Below are positions 17,208-25,958 of a stretch of 35,102 nt of DNA, piece by piece. Made by a program: the position numbers and the translations under genes. The stretch lies in UHGV virus genome UHGV-0089682; one strand, given 5' to 3'. Source of the stretch: a virus. The notes under the pieces were generated by a model. The model was not told where the DNA came from and searched no databases. It saw only the letters and a list, made by a program, of their open reading frames with translations. The stretch's first letter is position 1. Each line of letters opens with the position of its first letter.

Positions 17208-18533
17208 TTACAATTTACCTTCCAGTAATTCCAGCTTTCCGCCCTCTATTGCTTTTTCAATATCAAATTTATTTACCCGATAAGCATTAATTACCACATC
17301 CAGCTTATCCGGCTGGCGCTTCACACCATAAGGCGCATTGACGGCAATCTTTGCCGTTCCGTCACGGGTTTCAGTGATGTAAAGCAGATTCTGATGGACA
17401 TTATCCCAGAGTACGGCATCGGGGGCGGCCAGCATGACGGGAAGCTGCGCGAAATCCTCCGGTGCCAGGGCGATGCCGTCATTCTGATGTTTTTCGCTGT
17501 CCGCATGGAGCACATTTTTACCGCTCATCGCCAGCAGGCGGGCCGGTGGCGTTCCTGTCCGGCTTTCAACCGCCTGCGCAATGCTTTCGGTCATAAAGCC
17601 CAGCGTGCGGATATCGTTACCACCGCGCCGGGTCTTCATGATGTTTTTTGCCCAGATGCGGAATGCCAGCTGCCGCTCCGGGCTGTTGTTCATCTCCTGC
17701 ACCACCATTTCCCGTAACTCCGGGCTTTTCACCTCGATCAGTTTGCGGATCAGCGCCTGGTCTGTGCCGAACGCTGCCGAGCCGGGGTTATATGACCAGC
17801 CCACATCCGGTGTCATGGTTCTGGTGCCATCTGAATACGTGGTCACCGGCATTTCTCTGACTTCCCCGGTCTGTTTATCCACGCCAGCCTCAACGTTACG
17901 GGTGGAGAGATGATCATGACCGGATGAAACGGATAACCCCATTGCATCCAGACGGACCTGAGACAATGGCCGCACACGGCAGCGGCAGTTCCAGCCATTG
18001 GGCGGGTAGTGTGTTTTCCAGAACGGAGCGTCATAGCGGAATACCAGCCCGTTAAGGGCGGAATGCGACGGACGGGTACGGCTGTCCATGACTGCCACAT
18101 ACTGCCAGAACGGATGCGTATCCGTGTTGTTCATCATCTGCGTGTAACGCCCGGCATTGTAAGCCACACGGGTGTTCACGTTGTAAATCAGCGCCAGACG
18201 ACGGGGACTCCCCAGTTGCACTTCTTCCACGTTACCGGCACTGTCCACCACTATCTGCTTTCCCCACCATCCCAGCTTTTGCAGGCGGGGCGTCAGCGTG
18301 CGGATAAATTCTTTCTGTGAAATCCCCTCATCAACAGCACGCTGCACTTCCGCCTGTAGTGTGGTCAGTACGTCCAGGCGTGCCACTTTTGCCGCCGTGA
18401 ATGAACGGGCATGAACATCTGCGTTTGTTTCGAACCAGTTCCAGCTGATATGCGCCCCTTTGGCGCGGAAGTATGCCACCGCCTCTTTTGAGGGAAGCGT
18501 GGCGGCATAACCCAGATCAATCCCCTGTGTCAT
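17208..18533 (-). CDS. Minor head protein (Mu F-like)
   Basis: 441 aa directly downstream of portal; size matches Mu F. Confidence 0.75.
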   Translation of the reverse strand: MTQGIDLGYAATLPSKEAVAYFRAKGAHISWNWFETNADVHARSFTAAKVARLDVLTTLQAEVQRAVDEGISQKEFIRTLTPRLQKLGWWGKQIVVDSAGNVEEVQLGSPRRLALIYNVNTRVAYNAGRYTQMMNNTDTHPFWQYVAVMDSRTRPSHSALNGLVFRYDAPFWKTHYPPNGWNCRCRVRPLSQVRLDAMGLSVSSGHDHLSTRNVEAGVDKQTGEVREMPVTTYSDGTRTMTPDVGWSYNPGSAAFGTDQALIRKLIEVKSPELREMVVQEMNNSPERQLAFRIWAKNIMKTRRGGNDIRTLGFMTESIAQAVESRTGTPPARLLAMSGKNVLHADSEKHQNDGIALAPEDFAQLPVMLAAPDAVLWDNVHQNLLYITETRDGTAKIAVNAPYGVKRQPDKLDVVINAYRVNKFDIEKAIEGGKLELLEGKL

Positions 18534-20115
18534 CCAGCATCCCCTTCATTTCCGCAGCAAACATGGCATCACTGAGCAGCGTCATCAGGCGGGAATCATC
18601 CATTTCACGGTAAAGGGCAGGCAGGTCTGCCAGCGCATCAGCCAGCCCCCGCGTTCTGATGGCATCAATGACCGGCTCCAGTACCGGGTCGATGGCCTCC
18701 TGTAAGCGGCGGGCAGGCACAGCGTCCCCCATATCATCCAGTTCATCACGCGGCGTGCTTTTCGCTTCCGGCAGTCTGGCTGACAGCGCCGTCTGTTCTG
18801 TCTTTTCCTGTTTTTCCGTCGGCGTTTCCCTGTCAGGCATGGCCGGTTCATTACTGCTCTGACGGACACGGAATATGGCTTCACCGGGCGCAGGCTGCGG
18901 AATACCGGTCTGCTCCCGTATCCAGGGATCAGAAATATCCATCCCCGTACTGAGCTGCATCACTGCACTGGTAATTTTGGTGATATCCCCCGGTTCTTTT
19001 GTCTGGAAACAGATACGCGGCAGACGGCGGATATCAATGGCATGCGTGGTGTTCAGGGCATACAGCGGATACACCAGATCGCGGTTCAGCGTGGCGGCCA
19101 GCTGGCGCAAATCAGAATCCCTGATTTCCCGGCGCACCTCGTTATGCACCTCACCCAGCGAGCGTGCGCCCTTGTCTCCGGCTTCCGTGGTCAGCGTGCC
19201 GCCGAGTATTGCTTTGGAGATGGAACGCTCCCCCCACGAAATCATGGTTTCAAACGGATCGGCCTGACCGTTCGCGGCTGCCTGAAACTCCAGCGACATC
19301 CCGGCCGGGATGATCCCACCTGTACGTCGCCCGATATCCATCACCGCCCGCATCAGGGCGCTTTTCTGCTCCGGTGTTGCCCCGGACGGGTATTTTCCGA
19401 CCTTCATCGGCAGGCCGTACACCTCCAGAAATTCCGCCAGATCGCGCACGGAATAGTTTTTGAAAATGAACGGCCAGATTAGCGTCCTGACAAGCCCCGT
19501 TGCGCCACCGTAACCGGTCCGTGAACGTGACTGATGCACTATCCAGCCAAAAGGCTGAAACGCCACCCCGGCATGGCTGCCGTCACGCAGCCGCAGTTCG
19601 CTCAAATCATCCGGGTTAAGGCAGAAATGCCCGCTGTCACGCCAGCGGATGGCGCGGATGATGTGCATTTTACCGAGCATCCCGTGCTCAATTTCCATGC
19701 AGGAATAGCCCTTCAGGATGGCATCCGTGGCGTCAAACAGCATGGCATCAAACCAGTCGGCGGAATGCAGGTATTCGTCGAGCATTTCCGCGTCCTTCTT
19801 CTCATTCGCGCTGGCGTTCGGCGGCGGCTCAATGCTCCATGGCACCCCCTGAATGGCAAGGCGTCGCTTGCCCAGCTCCGCAAAAAGGTGGGTGTCCTTT
19901 TCTTCAATATCAGCCGCCAGATCGGACTGGGCAATCAGATCGCCACGTTCAGCCCCGCGAAGGCACTGTGCCGCCCGGTTCGGGGTGATACCCGAGGCCG
20001 GATGTTCAATATAACGGCTGGCAATCTGCGGAATATCCAGCGCGGCACTCTGCATCTCCGGGTCAAAGGAGAAAGGTTTTCCGTCAAGATCAATTATGCG
20101 TCCCACTACCAGCAC
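18517..20115 (-). CDS. Portal protein (Mu H / gp29-like)
   Basis: 532 aa following the large terminase; acidic C-terminal tail. Confidence 0.8.
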   Translation of the reverse strand: MLVVGRIIDLDGKPFSFDPEMQSAALDIPQIASRYIEHPASGITPNRAAQCLRGAERGDLIAQSDLAADIEEKDTHLFAELGKRRLAIQGVPWSIEPPPNASANEKKDAEMLDEYLHSADWFDAMLFDATDAILKGYSCMEIEHGMLGKMHIIRAIRWRDSGHFCLNPDDLSELRLRDGSHAGVAFQPFGWIVHQSRSRTGYGGATGLVRTLIWPFIFKNYSVRDLAEFLEVYGLPMKVGKYPSGATPEQKSALMRAVMDIGRRTGGIIPAGMSLEFQAAANGQADPFETMISWGERSISKAILGGTLTTEAGDKGARSLGEVHNEVRREIRDSDLRQLAATLNRDLVYPLYALNTTHAIDIRRLPRICFQTKEPGDITKITSAVMQLSTGMDISDPWIREQTGIPQPAPGEAIFRVRQSSNEPAMPDRETPTEKQEKTEQTALSARLPEAKSTPRDELDDMGDAVPARRLQEAIDPVLEPVIDAIRTRGLADALADLPALYREMDDSRLMTLLSDAMFAAEMKGMLDDTGD

Positions 20116-21773
20116 CCCCGATCAAATTCATGATATGCCTCATCGTCATCACGATAACTGCCCTCCATTGCCCGCGACCGCTCCGGCAGCGCCTGACAGG
20201 CTGATTCATCCAGGATGAAGCCCTCCATGTATGACGCCCGGTTTGCCATACAGAGCGCCACGGCAAAATCACCATGGCGGCGGGCGTTCACGGAGGAAGC
20301 GTTCTGGTCCTTTGTGCGCCCCTTGTCGATTTGCGGGATACCGTTCACCACCTTCACATGGCGCAAATCATCAAGCGTGGTCTGATGGCGGGCGACGAGG
20401 ATATTCTGATCTTCAAACTCGGCCTTCAGTTTTGGCATCCACTCGCCGTACCACTTCGGCGATAACATCACGCAGTCAATGATGTCCGGGCCAAAGGCCA
20501 GCAGCGCGGCTTCGGCCAGATAGCCGCCGTTACCGGTGGCGTCGAACGCCGCGCCAACCAGTGCCGGAACGCGGGTCAGGATGTACATCATCACCTGTTC
20601 CTGCTGGGCATACGGCAGGTTACGCAGCTCCACGCGAAACACCTCACGTTTTGCCAGGGATTCGGTGATTTCCAGCAGCACAAAGCAGGACAGGTCACCT
20701 GTGCGGGCAAAGTCTTCCCCGAAGCTGAAGCGGGAACGGGGATTTAACCTCTCTAAAAGCGGTTTTAAATGTTCTTCACACCAGGTTAAAACTTCCGATT
20801 CACGCAGCCATGCGGCACGACTGATGAAGTCGTCCGGGGCTTCAAACGTCAGAATCGGGATGTCACGGATCATCGCCATTTCAATAAGCGCGTGGGGGAT
20901 ATAGGCACCGCCGGATTTTTTCGGGATACAGCCGTATTCCTCGTCGGCATCCTCACGGGTCGGGGCGTTTTTGTAGAGGTCATCACGCCACTTCTGCTCA
21001 CTTTCCGGTGACCATTCCTGACCGGTGACGTAACAGATACGACGGTACAGCCCGTCCGCAATGGCATCATCCAGGGTAATGCGGTGGACGCTGTAATCCT
21101 TGCGCCCCTCGCGGGCTTCCTGAATGTACTGATTAAACAGATTATCGACGCCGTTATGCGTGGAAATAATGCGCACGCGCGCGCCCCACATGGTAAGCGC
21201 CATTGCCGCCTTGAGAAGTTCATCCAGCGACTCGTGGAACGCGGCTTCATCAATCACCACATCCCCCTGAAGGCCGCGCAGGTTTGACGGACGGGAAGAC
21301 AGCGCCTGAATTTTGAATCCACTGTTCGGGAAGCGGATCATGTAGGTCAGAATTTCTTCTTTTTTATTCCGATCCCAGAAGGTCTGCTCATACACATCAG
21401 CATCTGCCAGCTGGTTAAAGGCACGGGAGAACAGTGCGCAGGCAGAAATATATTCCAGCGCCATCTCCTGCTTTGACCCCACATAAAACACATTACGGCC
21501 ACCACGACGCTTAGGCTTTGCGGCGGTAATGACGTTACGCCCGGCTTCCGCCCAGGTCAGCCCGGTGCGGCGGGATTTCTCCGCGATGCAGACCTGACTT
21601 TCATCTGCAAACCAGCGGGCCTGATAATCCAGAAACACCGGCATATCACCGGGCAAATCAAGACTGTCCGGCACATCCACTCCCAGCAGGGCTTTTTCAC
21701 CGGACAGATCAATTTTGCGGGGAGGCGTCATTTGCATCAGTGAAGGCGACGTTTCTCTGGCTTTGTTCATCAT
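20106..21773 (-). CDS. Terminase large subunit (Mu gp28-like)
   Basis: 555 aa, first large gene of the late packaging block; start overlaps stop of the upstream micro-ORF. Confidence 0.8.
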   Translation of the reverse strand: MMNKARETSPSLMQMTPPRKIDLSGEKALLGVDVPDSLDLPGDMPVFLDYQARWFADESQVCIAEKSRRTGLTWAEAGRNVITAAKPKRRGGRNVFYVGSKQEMALEYISACALFSRAFNQLADADVYEQTFWDRNKKEEILTYMIRFPNSGFKIQALSSRPSNLRGLQGDVVIDEAAFHESLDELLKAAMALTMWGARVRIISTHNGVDNLFNQYIQEAREGRKDYSVHRITLDDAIADGLYRRICYVTGQEWSPESEQKWRDDLYKNAPTREDADEEYGCIPKKSGGAYIPHALIEMAMIRDIPILTFEAPDDFISRAAWLRESEVLTWCEEHLKPLLERLNPRSRFSFGEDFARTGDLSCFVLLEITESLAKREVFRVELRNLPYAQQEQVMMYILTRVPALVGAAFDATGNGGYLAEAALLAFGPDIIDCVMLSPKWYGEWMPKLKAEFEDQNILVARHQTTLDDLRHVKVVNGIPQIDKGRTKDQNASSVNARRHGDFAVALCMANRASYMEGFILDESACQALPERSRAMEGSYRDDDEAYHEFDRGCW

Positions 21774-22018
21774 GCTTTACCTGTCAGAATGCTTTTGATT
21801 CGGGACTCAAGCTCTTCAGTCATCACGTCCACGCCGCTCAACTCATCAGTAGCAGCCTCTGCCAGCAGCGAATGCAGTTGTTCCAGGGATATTTCCCCGG
21901 CAATGCTGAGTTCAGTCAACTCACGACACGCTTTTATAGTTTCAGGAGGTAACTGTGTTGCAAGACTGAATGCCTTCTGATGGGCACTACTCATCAGTGA
22001 GCGGTTATCTGTTGCCAT
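21770..22018 (-). CDS. Small ORF whose C-terminus duplicates the C-terminus of the upstream terminase small-subunit-like protein
   Basis: 82 aa; ...AATDELSGVDVMTEELESRIKSILTGKA aligns with ...AVTDELRGVDGMSEQIEFRIRQMLLGKA of ORF 22029-22610; stop overlaps TerL start. Confidence 0.4.
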   Translation of the reverse strand: MATDNRSLMSSAHQKAFSLATQLPPETIKACRELTELSIAGEISLEQLHSLLAEAATDELSGVDVMTEELESRIKSILTGKA

Positions 22019-22028
22019 GATTCACCTC

Positions 22029-22610
22029 CTACGCCTTACCCAGCAGCATCTGCCTGATACGGAATTCTATCTGCTCGCTCATGCCATCCACGCCGCGTAA
22101 CTCGTCGGTGACCGCGTTCGCCATCTCTTCAGCAAATGCGGCCCGGATTTCTTTTTCACGCTTAATGCTGCGCTCGGCGGCACTTTCTGCACGCTGTGCC
22201 GACAGGAGGATGTCCTTGATGAGGCGCATATCCACGTCGCTGTCGCTGTTCAGGGATTCGGTGGCGGCACGCAGACGGCGGTACATCAGGGCACGGGACA
22301 TCTCCAGAATCAGCGCCGTGGTTTCACCGGTCGGCTTATCCCCCAGTTCAGCCATCATGGCTTTTGTCTGCTCGCGCAAATCACGCAGGTTACGGGCAAT
22401 CAGCTCATTACGGGAGGCTTCCCGGCTGATGGCCGCCGGTGAGAGCTGCTGCTCTTCCGGCAGACCTGCTTCACGGATCAGACGGTTGATTTCCTCGCGG
22501 ATCTGGACCTGCGTAAGGCGTTTTTCACGCAGCATTTCCAGCAGCGGCTTACGGATGCTGTCGGGGAGCAAGTCCACCTTGCGTACACGGCCACGCGTTG
22601 GCTTATCCAT
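22029..22610 (-). CDS. Terminase small subunit-like protein (Mu gp27 / D equivalent)
   Basis: 193 aa, charged/helical, immediately upstream of TerL region. Confidence 0.6.
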   Translation of the reverse strand: MDKPTRGRVRKVDLLPDSIRKPLLEMLREKRLTQVQIREEINRLIREAGLPEEQQLSPAAISREASRNELIARNLRDLREQTKAMMAELGDKPTGETTALILEMSRALMYRRLRAATESLNSDSDVDMRLIKDILLSAQRAESAAERSIKREKEIRAAFAEEMANAVTDELRGVDGMSEQIEFRIRQMLLGKA

Positions 22611-22612
22611 CG

Positions 22613-22903
22613 TTACCCCCTTGCGCGTGGTTTCTTCACACCCGGAACGGTGGCGCGGCCTTCCGCCACATCCTGACCCCGGCCAGTCAGTTCAGCGATG
22701 AAATAACCATTAACGAGCGTGCGCTTACGCACCAGCCCCTGCTCGGCAAGCCAGGCAATATGGGTATGAACGGTGTCGCGGGACACGCGGTGACCGTAAT
22801 CATCCAGACAGTCCTGAAGCACAGACTCACCCAGTTCGCCGTTGTAATCCGCCAGCGACCGCAGAATGACAAGACGCTGATCTTCAGTAATGAAATCACT
22901 CAT
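22613..22903 (-). CDS. Small winged-helix-like DNA-binding protein (Mu gp26 position)
   Basis: 96 aa; RVSRDTVHTHIAWLAEQGLV resembles a recognition helix/wing; basic C-terminus. Confidence 0.4.
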   Translation of the reverse strand: MSDFITEDQRLVILRSLADYNGELGESVLQDCLDDYGHRVSRDTVHTHIAWLAEQGLVRKRTLVNGYFIAELTGRGQDVAEGRATVPGVKKPRARG

Positions 22904-23207
22904 TGTGTTTTTTCCTTACAGCCTGCTCCAGCAGCAGTTCGTTCTGATGGGAGACGGATTTCAGGGTGGCATTGGTGGCCTTAAGCTCACCGCGCAGGGT
23001 GGTGATTTCGATATTGAGTCTGTTCACCTCCTGCTGCGTGGGCAGGCCGGAAATACGGCTCTCCACCCGCTCAACCCGGTCGGAGAGTTTTTCAAAGGCC
23101 TCGCGGGGGACAAAGGTTTTGCGCATCAGCGCCATAAAAATCCCCCCGGCCGTGGCCGTTGCCGACAGGATCGGCACGACATAATCTTTAACGATGCTGA
23201 CCCACAT
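22896..23207 (-). CDS. Small membrane protein with N-terminal TM helix and coiled-coil (Mu gp25 position; lysis-associated candidate)
   Basis: 103 aa; hydrophobic VVPILSATATAGGIFMALM followed by heptad-like charged region. Confidence 0.45.
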   Translation of the reverse strand: MWVSIVKDYVVPILSATATAGGIFMALMRKTFVPREAFEKLSDRVERVESRISGLPTQQEVNRLNIEITTLRGELKATNATLKSVSHQNELLLEQAVRKKHNE

Positions 23208-23415
23208 GACCGGCCTCCATGATGTTCTGGCAGTTCACACAACGGATGGCATCCGGCACGGCAACCAGACGGGCAGCCGGAATGTCACCCCCGCAGTCCG
23301 CGCATACACGCCTGCCCGGTGTTTCCACCACCCGGCGCTTACGTGTCAGCCGGTCACAAAGGGCGCGTTCTGTTGCCCGCTCCACGACTGCCTGAGCACA
23401 ATCTGAATCATCCAT
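23188..23415 (-). CDS. TraR/DksA-family C4 zinc-finger protein
   Basis: ATG at 23413-23415 with AAGGA SD; 75 aa; CADCGGDIPAARL...AIRCVNCQ gives the CxxC-17-CxxC spacing typical of TraR/DksA zinc fingers. Confidence 0.7.
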   Translation of the reverse strand: MDDSDCAQAVVERATERALCDRLTRKRRVVETPGRRVCADCGGDIPAARLVAVPDAIRCVNCQNIMEAGHVGQHR

Positions 23416-23425
23416 ACCTTTTTCC

Positions 23426-23797
23426 TTACTTCGTCTTTCCTGCCGGAACAGCAGTCGTTCCGGCCATATCAGTAAATTCATGCTGTCGCTGTGCCTCCAG
23501 ACGGCGGATGCTGGCCTTGTCCACGTTGCAGTTCTTAATCACTGCCAGCAGTTGCAGGTTGTAAGTGACCGATGCACCAAACGTGAACGGCTCCGGCACA
23601 GGCGGGACCAGGCAGTCAGCCAGCCATTCAGCGGGGATCGGCACCGGCTTCACCGGCACGTATTTCACAGACGGCCCGCCGCACCCGGTCAGCCACATCA
23701 TCAGGCACAGGCACAGCGGCCGCAGGCACCGTTGCCAGTGACCGGCGGACAACGCTCTGCTGTTCCTCGCTGTGCTGCATGTTCTGCTGTTTTTCAT
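23426..23797 (-). CDS. Outer-membrane spanin (Rz1-like lipoprotein); start uncertain
   Basis: Lipobox-like LTGC followed by Pro-rich mature region (PVKPVPIPAEW...VPPVPEP); overlaps the i-spanin in another frame. Candidate ATG at 23795-23797; shorter starts at 23699-23701 possible. Confidence 0.55.
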   Translation of the reverse strand: MKNSRTCSTARNSRALSAGHWQRCLRPLCLCLMMWLTGCGGPSVKYVPVKPVPIPAEWLADCLVPPVPEPFTFGASVTYNLQLLAVIKNCNVDKASIRRLEAQRQHEFTDMAGTTAVPAGKTK

Positions 23798-23978
23798 TCG
23801 TGGCCGCCTTACTGATTTGTGAAATGAGTTGCAGGGTGCGTTGCTGATTTGCCAGCACCAGACGGGCTTCGTCCCGTTCACGCACAAGCACCTGGTTATT
23901 GTCTTCAAGGCGCTGTGCCTTCTGGTGCATTCCCCATACCACGGCAGCCAGCACACTCATCACCCCCAGCGCCGCCAT
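23628..23978 (-). CDS. Inner-membrane spanin (Rz-like); start uncertain
   Basis: ATG at 23976-23978 with GGAGG SD; N-terminal hydrophobic AALGVMSVLAAVVWG then Gln/Glu/Arg-rich helical region. The track ORF extends further upstream (TTG 24147-24149). Confidence 0.55.
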   Translation of the reverse strand: MAALGVMSVLAAVVWGMHQKAQRLEDNNQVLVRERDEARLVLANQQRTLQLISQISKAATNEKQQNMQHSEEQQSVVRRSLATVPAAAVPVPDDVADRVRRAVCEIRAGEAGADPR

Positions 23979-24090
23979 ACAGCCTCCGGCAATCAGGGCC
24001 GGTAAGGGATTATTCACCGCAGCCACAGCACCCCCCGCAGCACCACAACGACACACAACAGCGCAATCATGAGCAGTCGCCAGTAACGGT

Positions 24091-24591
24091 TCAGACTTTC
24101 GGCAAATCGTAACGACATAACCATTCATCCGCCGAACGGCGGGCCTCAAGACCGGGGAGTTTTACCCCCTTTGAATAAATCCAGCGGATATACTGCTTAC
24201 AGGACGCGGGCATCTGCCCGGCATTGATAAGGCGCAGGAGCGTGGAGTTGCGAAAGTTCGTTTCACCGGCCCAGAACACCCAGGAAGCCAGCGCCACCGT
24301 CTGACCACGGGTAAGCGGCACCTGAACATAACGATCAATGGCCGCAAAGGCCCATTTCATGTCCTTTTCCAGCAGCTCCAGACATTCTTCATCAGTTTTT
24401 GTCATCCCCGGTTTCACATCCGGGCCGGTATGGCCGTAGCAGATGGTGGGGGTGCCGGTGGGATCAATGTACGTGGTGTTTCCTTTCCCTTCCCAGTAGC
24501 CGGTGTAGTGCGTGGCAATGGTGAACGTCCCGGCTCCGGCCAGGACAAGGGCAATCAGCTTTTTACGCAGTGGCGCGGGGAGTTTTGGCAT
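24091..24591 (-). CDS. Endolysin, T4-lysozyme-like (GH24) with N-terminal signal-anchor-release-type segment
   Basis: 166 aa; catalytic triad spacing E-x8-D-x5-T in WEGKGNTTYIDPTGTPT; N-terminal KKLIALVLAGAGTFTIATH is weakly hydrophobic and Gly/Ala-rich, as in SAR endolysins. Confidence 0.85.
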   Translation of the reverse strand: MPKLPAPLRKKLIALVLAGAGTFTIATHYTGYWEGKGNTTYIDPTGTPTICYGHTGPDVKPGMTKTDEECLELLEKDMKWAFAAIDRYVQVPLTRGQTVALASWVFWAGETNFRNSTLLRLINAGQMPASCKQYIRWIYSKGVKLPGLEARRSADEWLCRYDLPKV

Positions 24592-24662
24592 TGTTACGCT
24601 GTCTCATGGTGTTCTCTGAGTCAGCGTAACCGTGGGAAAAAGGGGGCAGGATTTGCGGAATA
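24592..24662. promoter_or_regulatory. Candidate late (lysis) promoter region between the Mor/C-family gene and the endolysin
   Basis: 71-bp intergenic gap directly upstream of the first late gene; no explicit motif verified. Confidence 0.3.
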
Positions 24663-25085
24663 TCAGAAAAGCCGGGGCTGCGTGCGTTCCTGATGCAGGC
24701 GGCGCTGGTTGCGGATAACGGAGTAAATCTGCGTCTCTGACATCTGGTAGTGGCGGCGCAGGGTTTCAATTTTTTCGCCCTGGCTCCAGCGGGAAAAAAT
24801 TTCATTATTGCGCAGTTCGGTGAAAAGGGATTCACCGACCGGGAGATAATAACCACGCCCGCCCATGTACCCGGCCTGTGCGGCTGCAACCTTACGGGCA
24901 AGCATTCCCGCCTGAGCAGGTTCAATCCCCTGACGGTGCAGTTCAGCACTGATCACATCAACCAGGTCCCGCAGCGTGCCGGGCCAGTTCTTTTTCAGCT
25001 CATCATCAGGAATGTCATCCAGACGGTCAATCAGCGCGTGCAGTTGTTCGCTGTCACCAAACATGCTCATCTGTGTTTCAGCCAT
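24663..25085 (-). CDS. Mor/C-family transcriptional activator
   Basis: 140 aa; C-terminal HTH ...TLRRHYQMSETQIYSVIRNQRRL... resembles the Mor/C family C-terminus as I recall it; GGAGG SD; sits between gemA and lys. Confidence 0.75.
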   Translation of the reverse strand: MAETQMSMFGDSEQLHALIDRLDDIPDDELKKNWPGTLRDLVDVISAELHRQGIEPAQAGMLARKVAAAQAGYMGGRGYYLPVGESLFTELRNNEIFSRWSQGEKIETLRRHYQMSETQIYSVIRNQRRLHQERTQPRLF

Positions 25086-25155
25086 ACCCGCCTCCGGTCA
25101 TCATTACACAGGGCAAGTTTAAAATAAAAATCCCGCGCTGTGGCGGTATTTGGGG

Positions 25156-25665
25156 TTAACGGGGGAATGATTTTTCATACAGCCTGCAAACACGCTCATA
25201 ACTCATCACTGCACGCTCCGACATATCTAGGGCGGCCAGCATCTTGCGGCGGTGCCAGCGTTTGAGACGCTCCAGCACATCAGAGGCCAGCGCGGGGTGT
25301 TGCTCCAGCCACTGCCAGTTAGCCACACCTTCGCCGCCGTTCTGAGCGGTCGTCTGCGATTTCACCCAGCGGTTAAGGGCCGTTTCCCCGCCATCAGAAA
25401 TAAAGCCCTGCCGGTGCATCACCTTCCAGATGGCGCGAATTTTGGCGGTCACCGTCCCCGGTTTTAAGGCCCGGTTAACCGGCTTCTGACGCACTTTAAA
25501 ACCGCGTTTTTTGAAAACATCCAGCACGCGGGATAACTCATCCGGTGACATATCCCGGCAACTGGGTTTGCCGGTGGCTGCCAGTAGTACGGATGTGTAG
25601 GTTTCATCATCCAGGGCAAGCTCGCGTTTTGCCACATGAATGGCAGATATCAGTTTCCCTCTCAT
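25156..25665 (-). CDS. GemA-like regulatory protein (Mu gp16 family)
   Basis: 169 aa; N-terminus MRGKLISAIHVAKRELALDDETY... matches the Mu gp16 family pattern from memory; immediately upstream of the Mor-family gene as in Mu. Confidence 0.6.
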   Translation of the reverse strand: MRGKLISAIHVAKRELALDDETYTSVLLAATGKPSCRDMSPDELSRVLDVFKKRGFKVRQKPVNRALKPGTVTAKIRAIWKVMHRQGFISDGGETALNRWVKSQTTAQNGGEGVANWQWLEQHPALASDVLERLKRWHRRKMLAALDMSERAVMSYERVCRLYEKSFPR

Positions 25666-25958
25666 GCTGTATCAACACTCCTGCTGATATGATAGGTATT
25701 ATTTTCCCGATCGAGCTGAACCCGATACTCCGGAGGAATCACAAAAATATTAAAACCATCATCAGTTTTTATTCTTGAGTAGCATTCCCCCTTATGATAT
25801 CTGGCCAGTGCATTAATCAGCGAAGCCGCCGCCAGCCCAATCAGGTATTTTTTATGAAAAATACTGATAACTTTCCGGCACAGCCATCGTGTAATGACGA
25901 ATGCACCGAAAAACGATGTGATATATAAACACCAGAACAACTGCGAACTACTGTCCAT
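25662..25958 (-). CDS. Hypothetical membrane-anchored protein (AT-rich cassette, gene 4 of 4)
   Basis: 98 aa; N-terminal TM-like QLFWCLYITSFFGAFVITRWL; local GC ~40% versus >55% backbone; overlapping start/stop with neighbours. Confidence 0.45.
   Translation of the reverse strand: MDSSSQLFWCLYITSFFGAFVITRWLCRKVISIFHKKYLIGLAAASLINALARYHKGECYSRIKTDDGFNIFVIPPEYRVQLDRENNTYHISRSVDTA

Noticed and set aside
17128-17208. Functional tRNA gene
   Set aside because: Acceptor and T-arm pairings are present but no anticodon stem-loop can be drawn and the length does not fit; retained only as a tRNA-like structure in findings.
23979-24149. Upstream extension of the i-spanin ORF (TTG at 24147-24149 or ATG at 24126-24128)
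   Set aside because: These starts lie inside the endolysin coding region, lack an SD and add a Cys/Ala/Gly-rich peptide; the ATG at 23976-23978 has a GGAGG SD.
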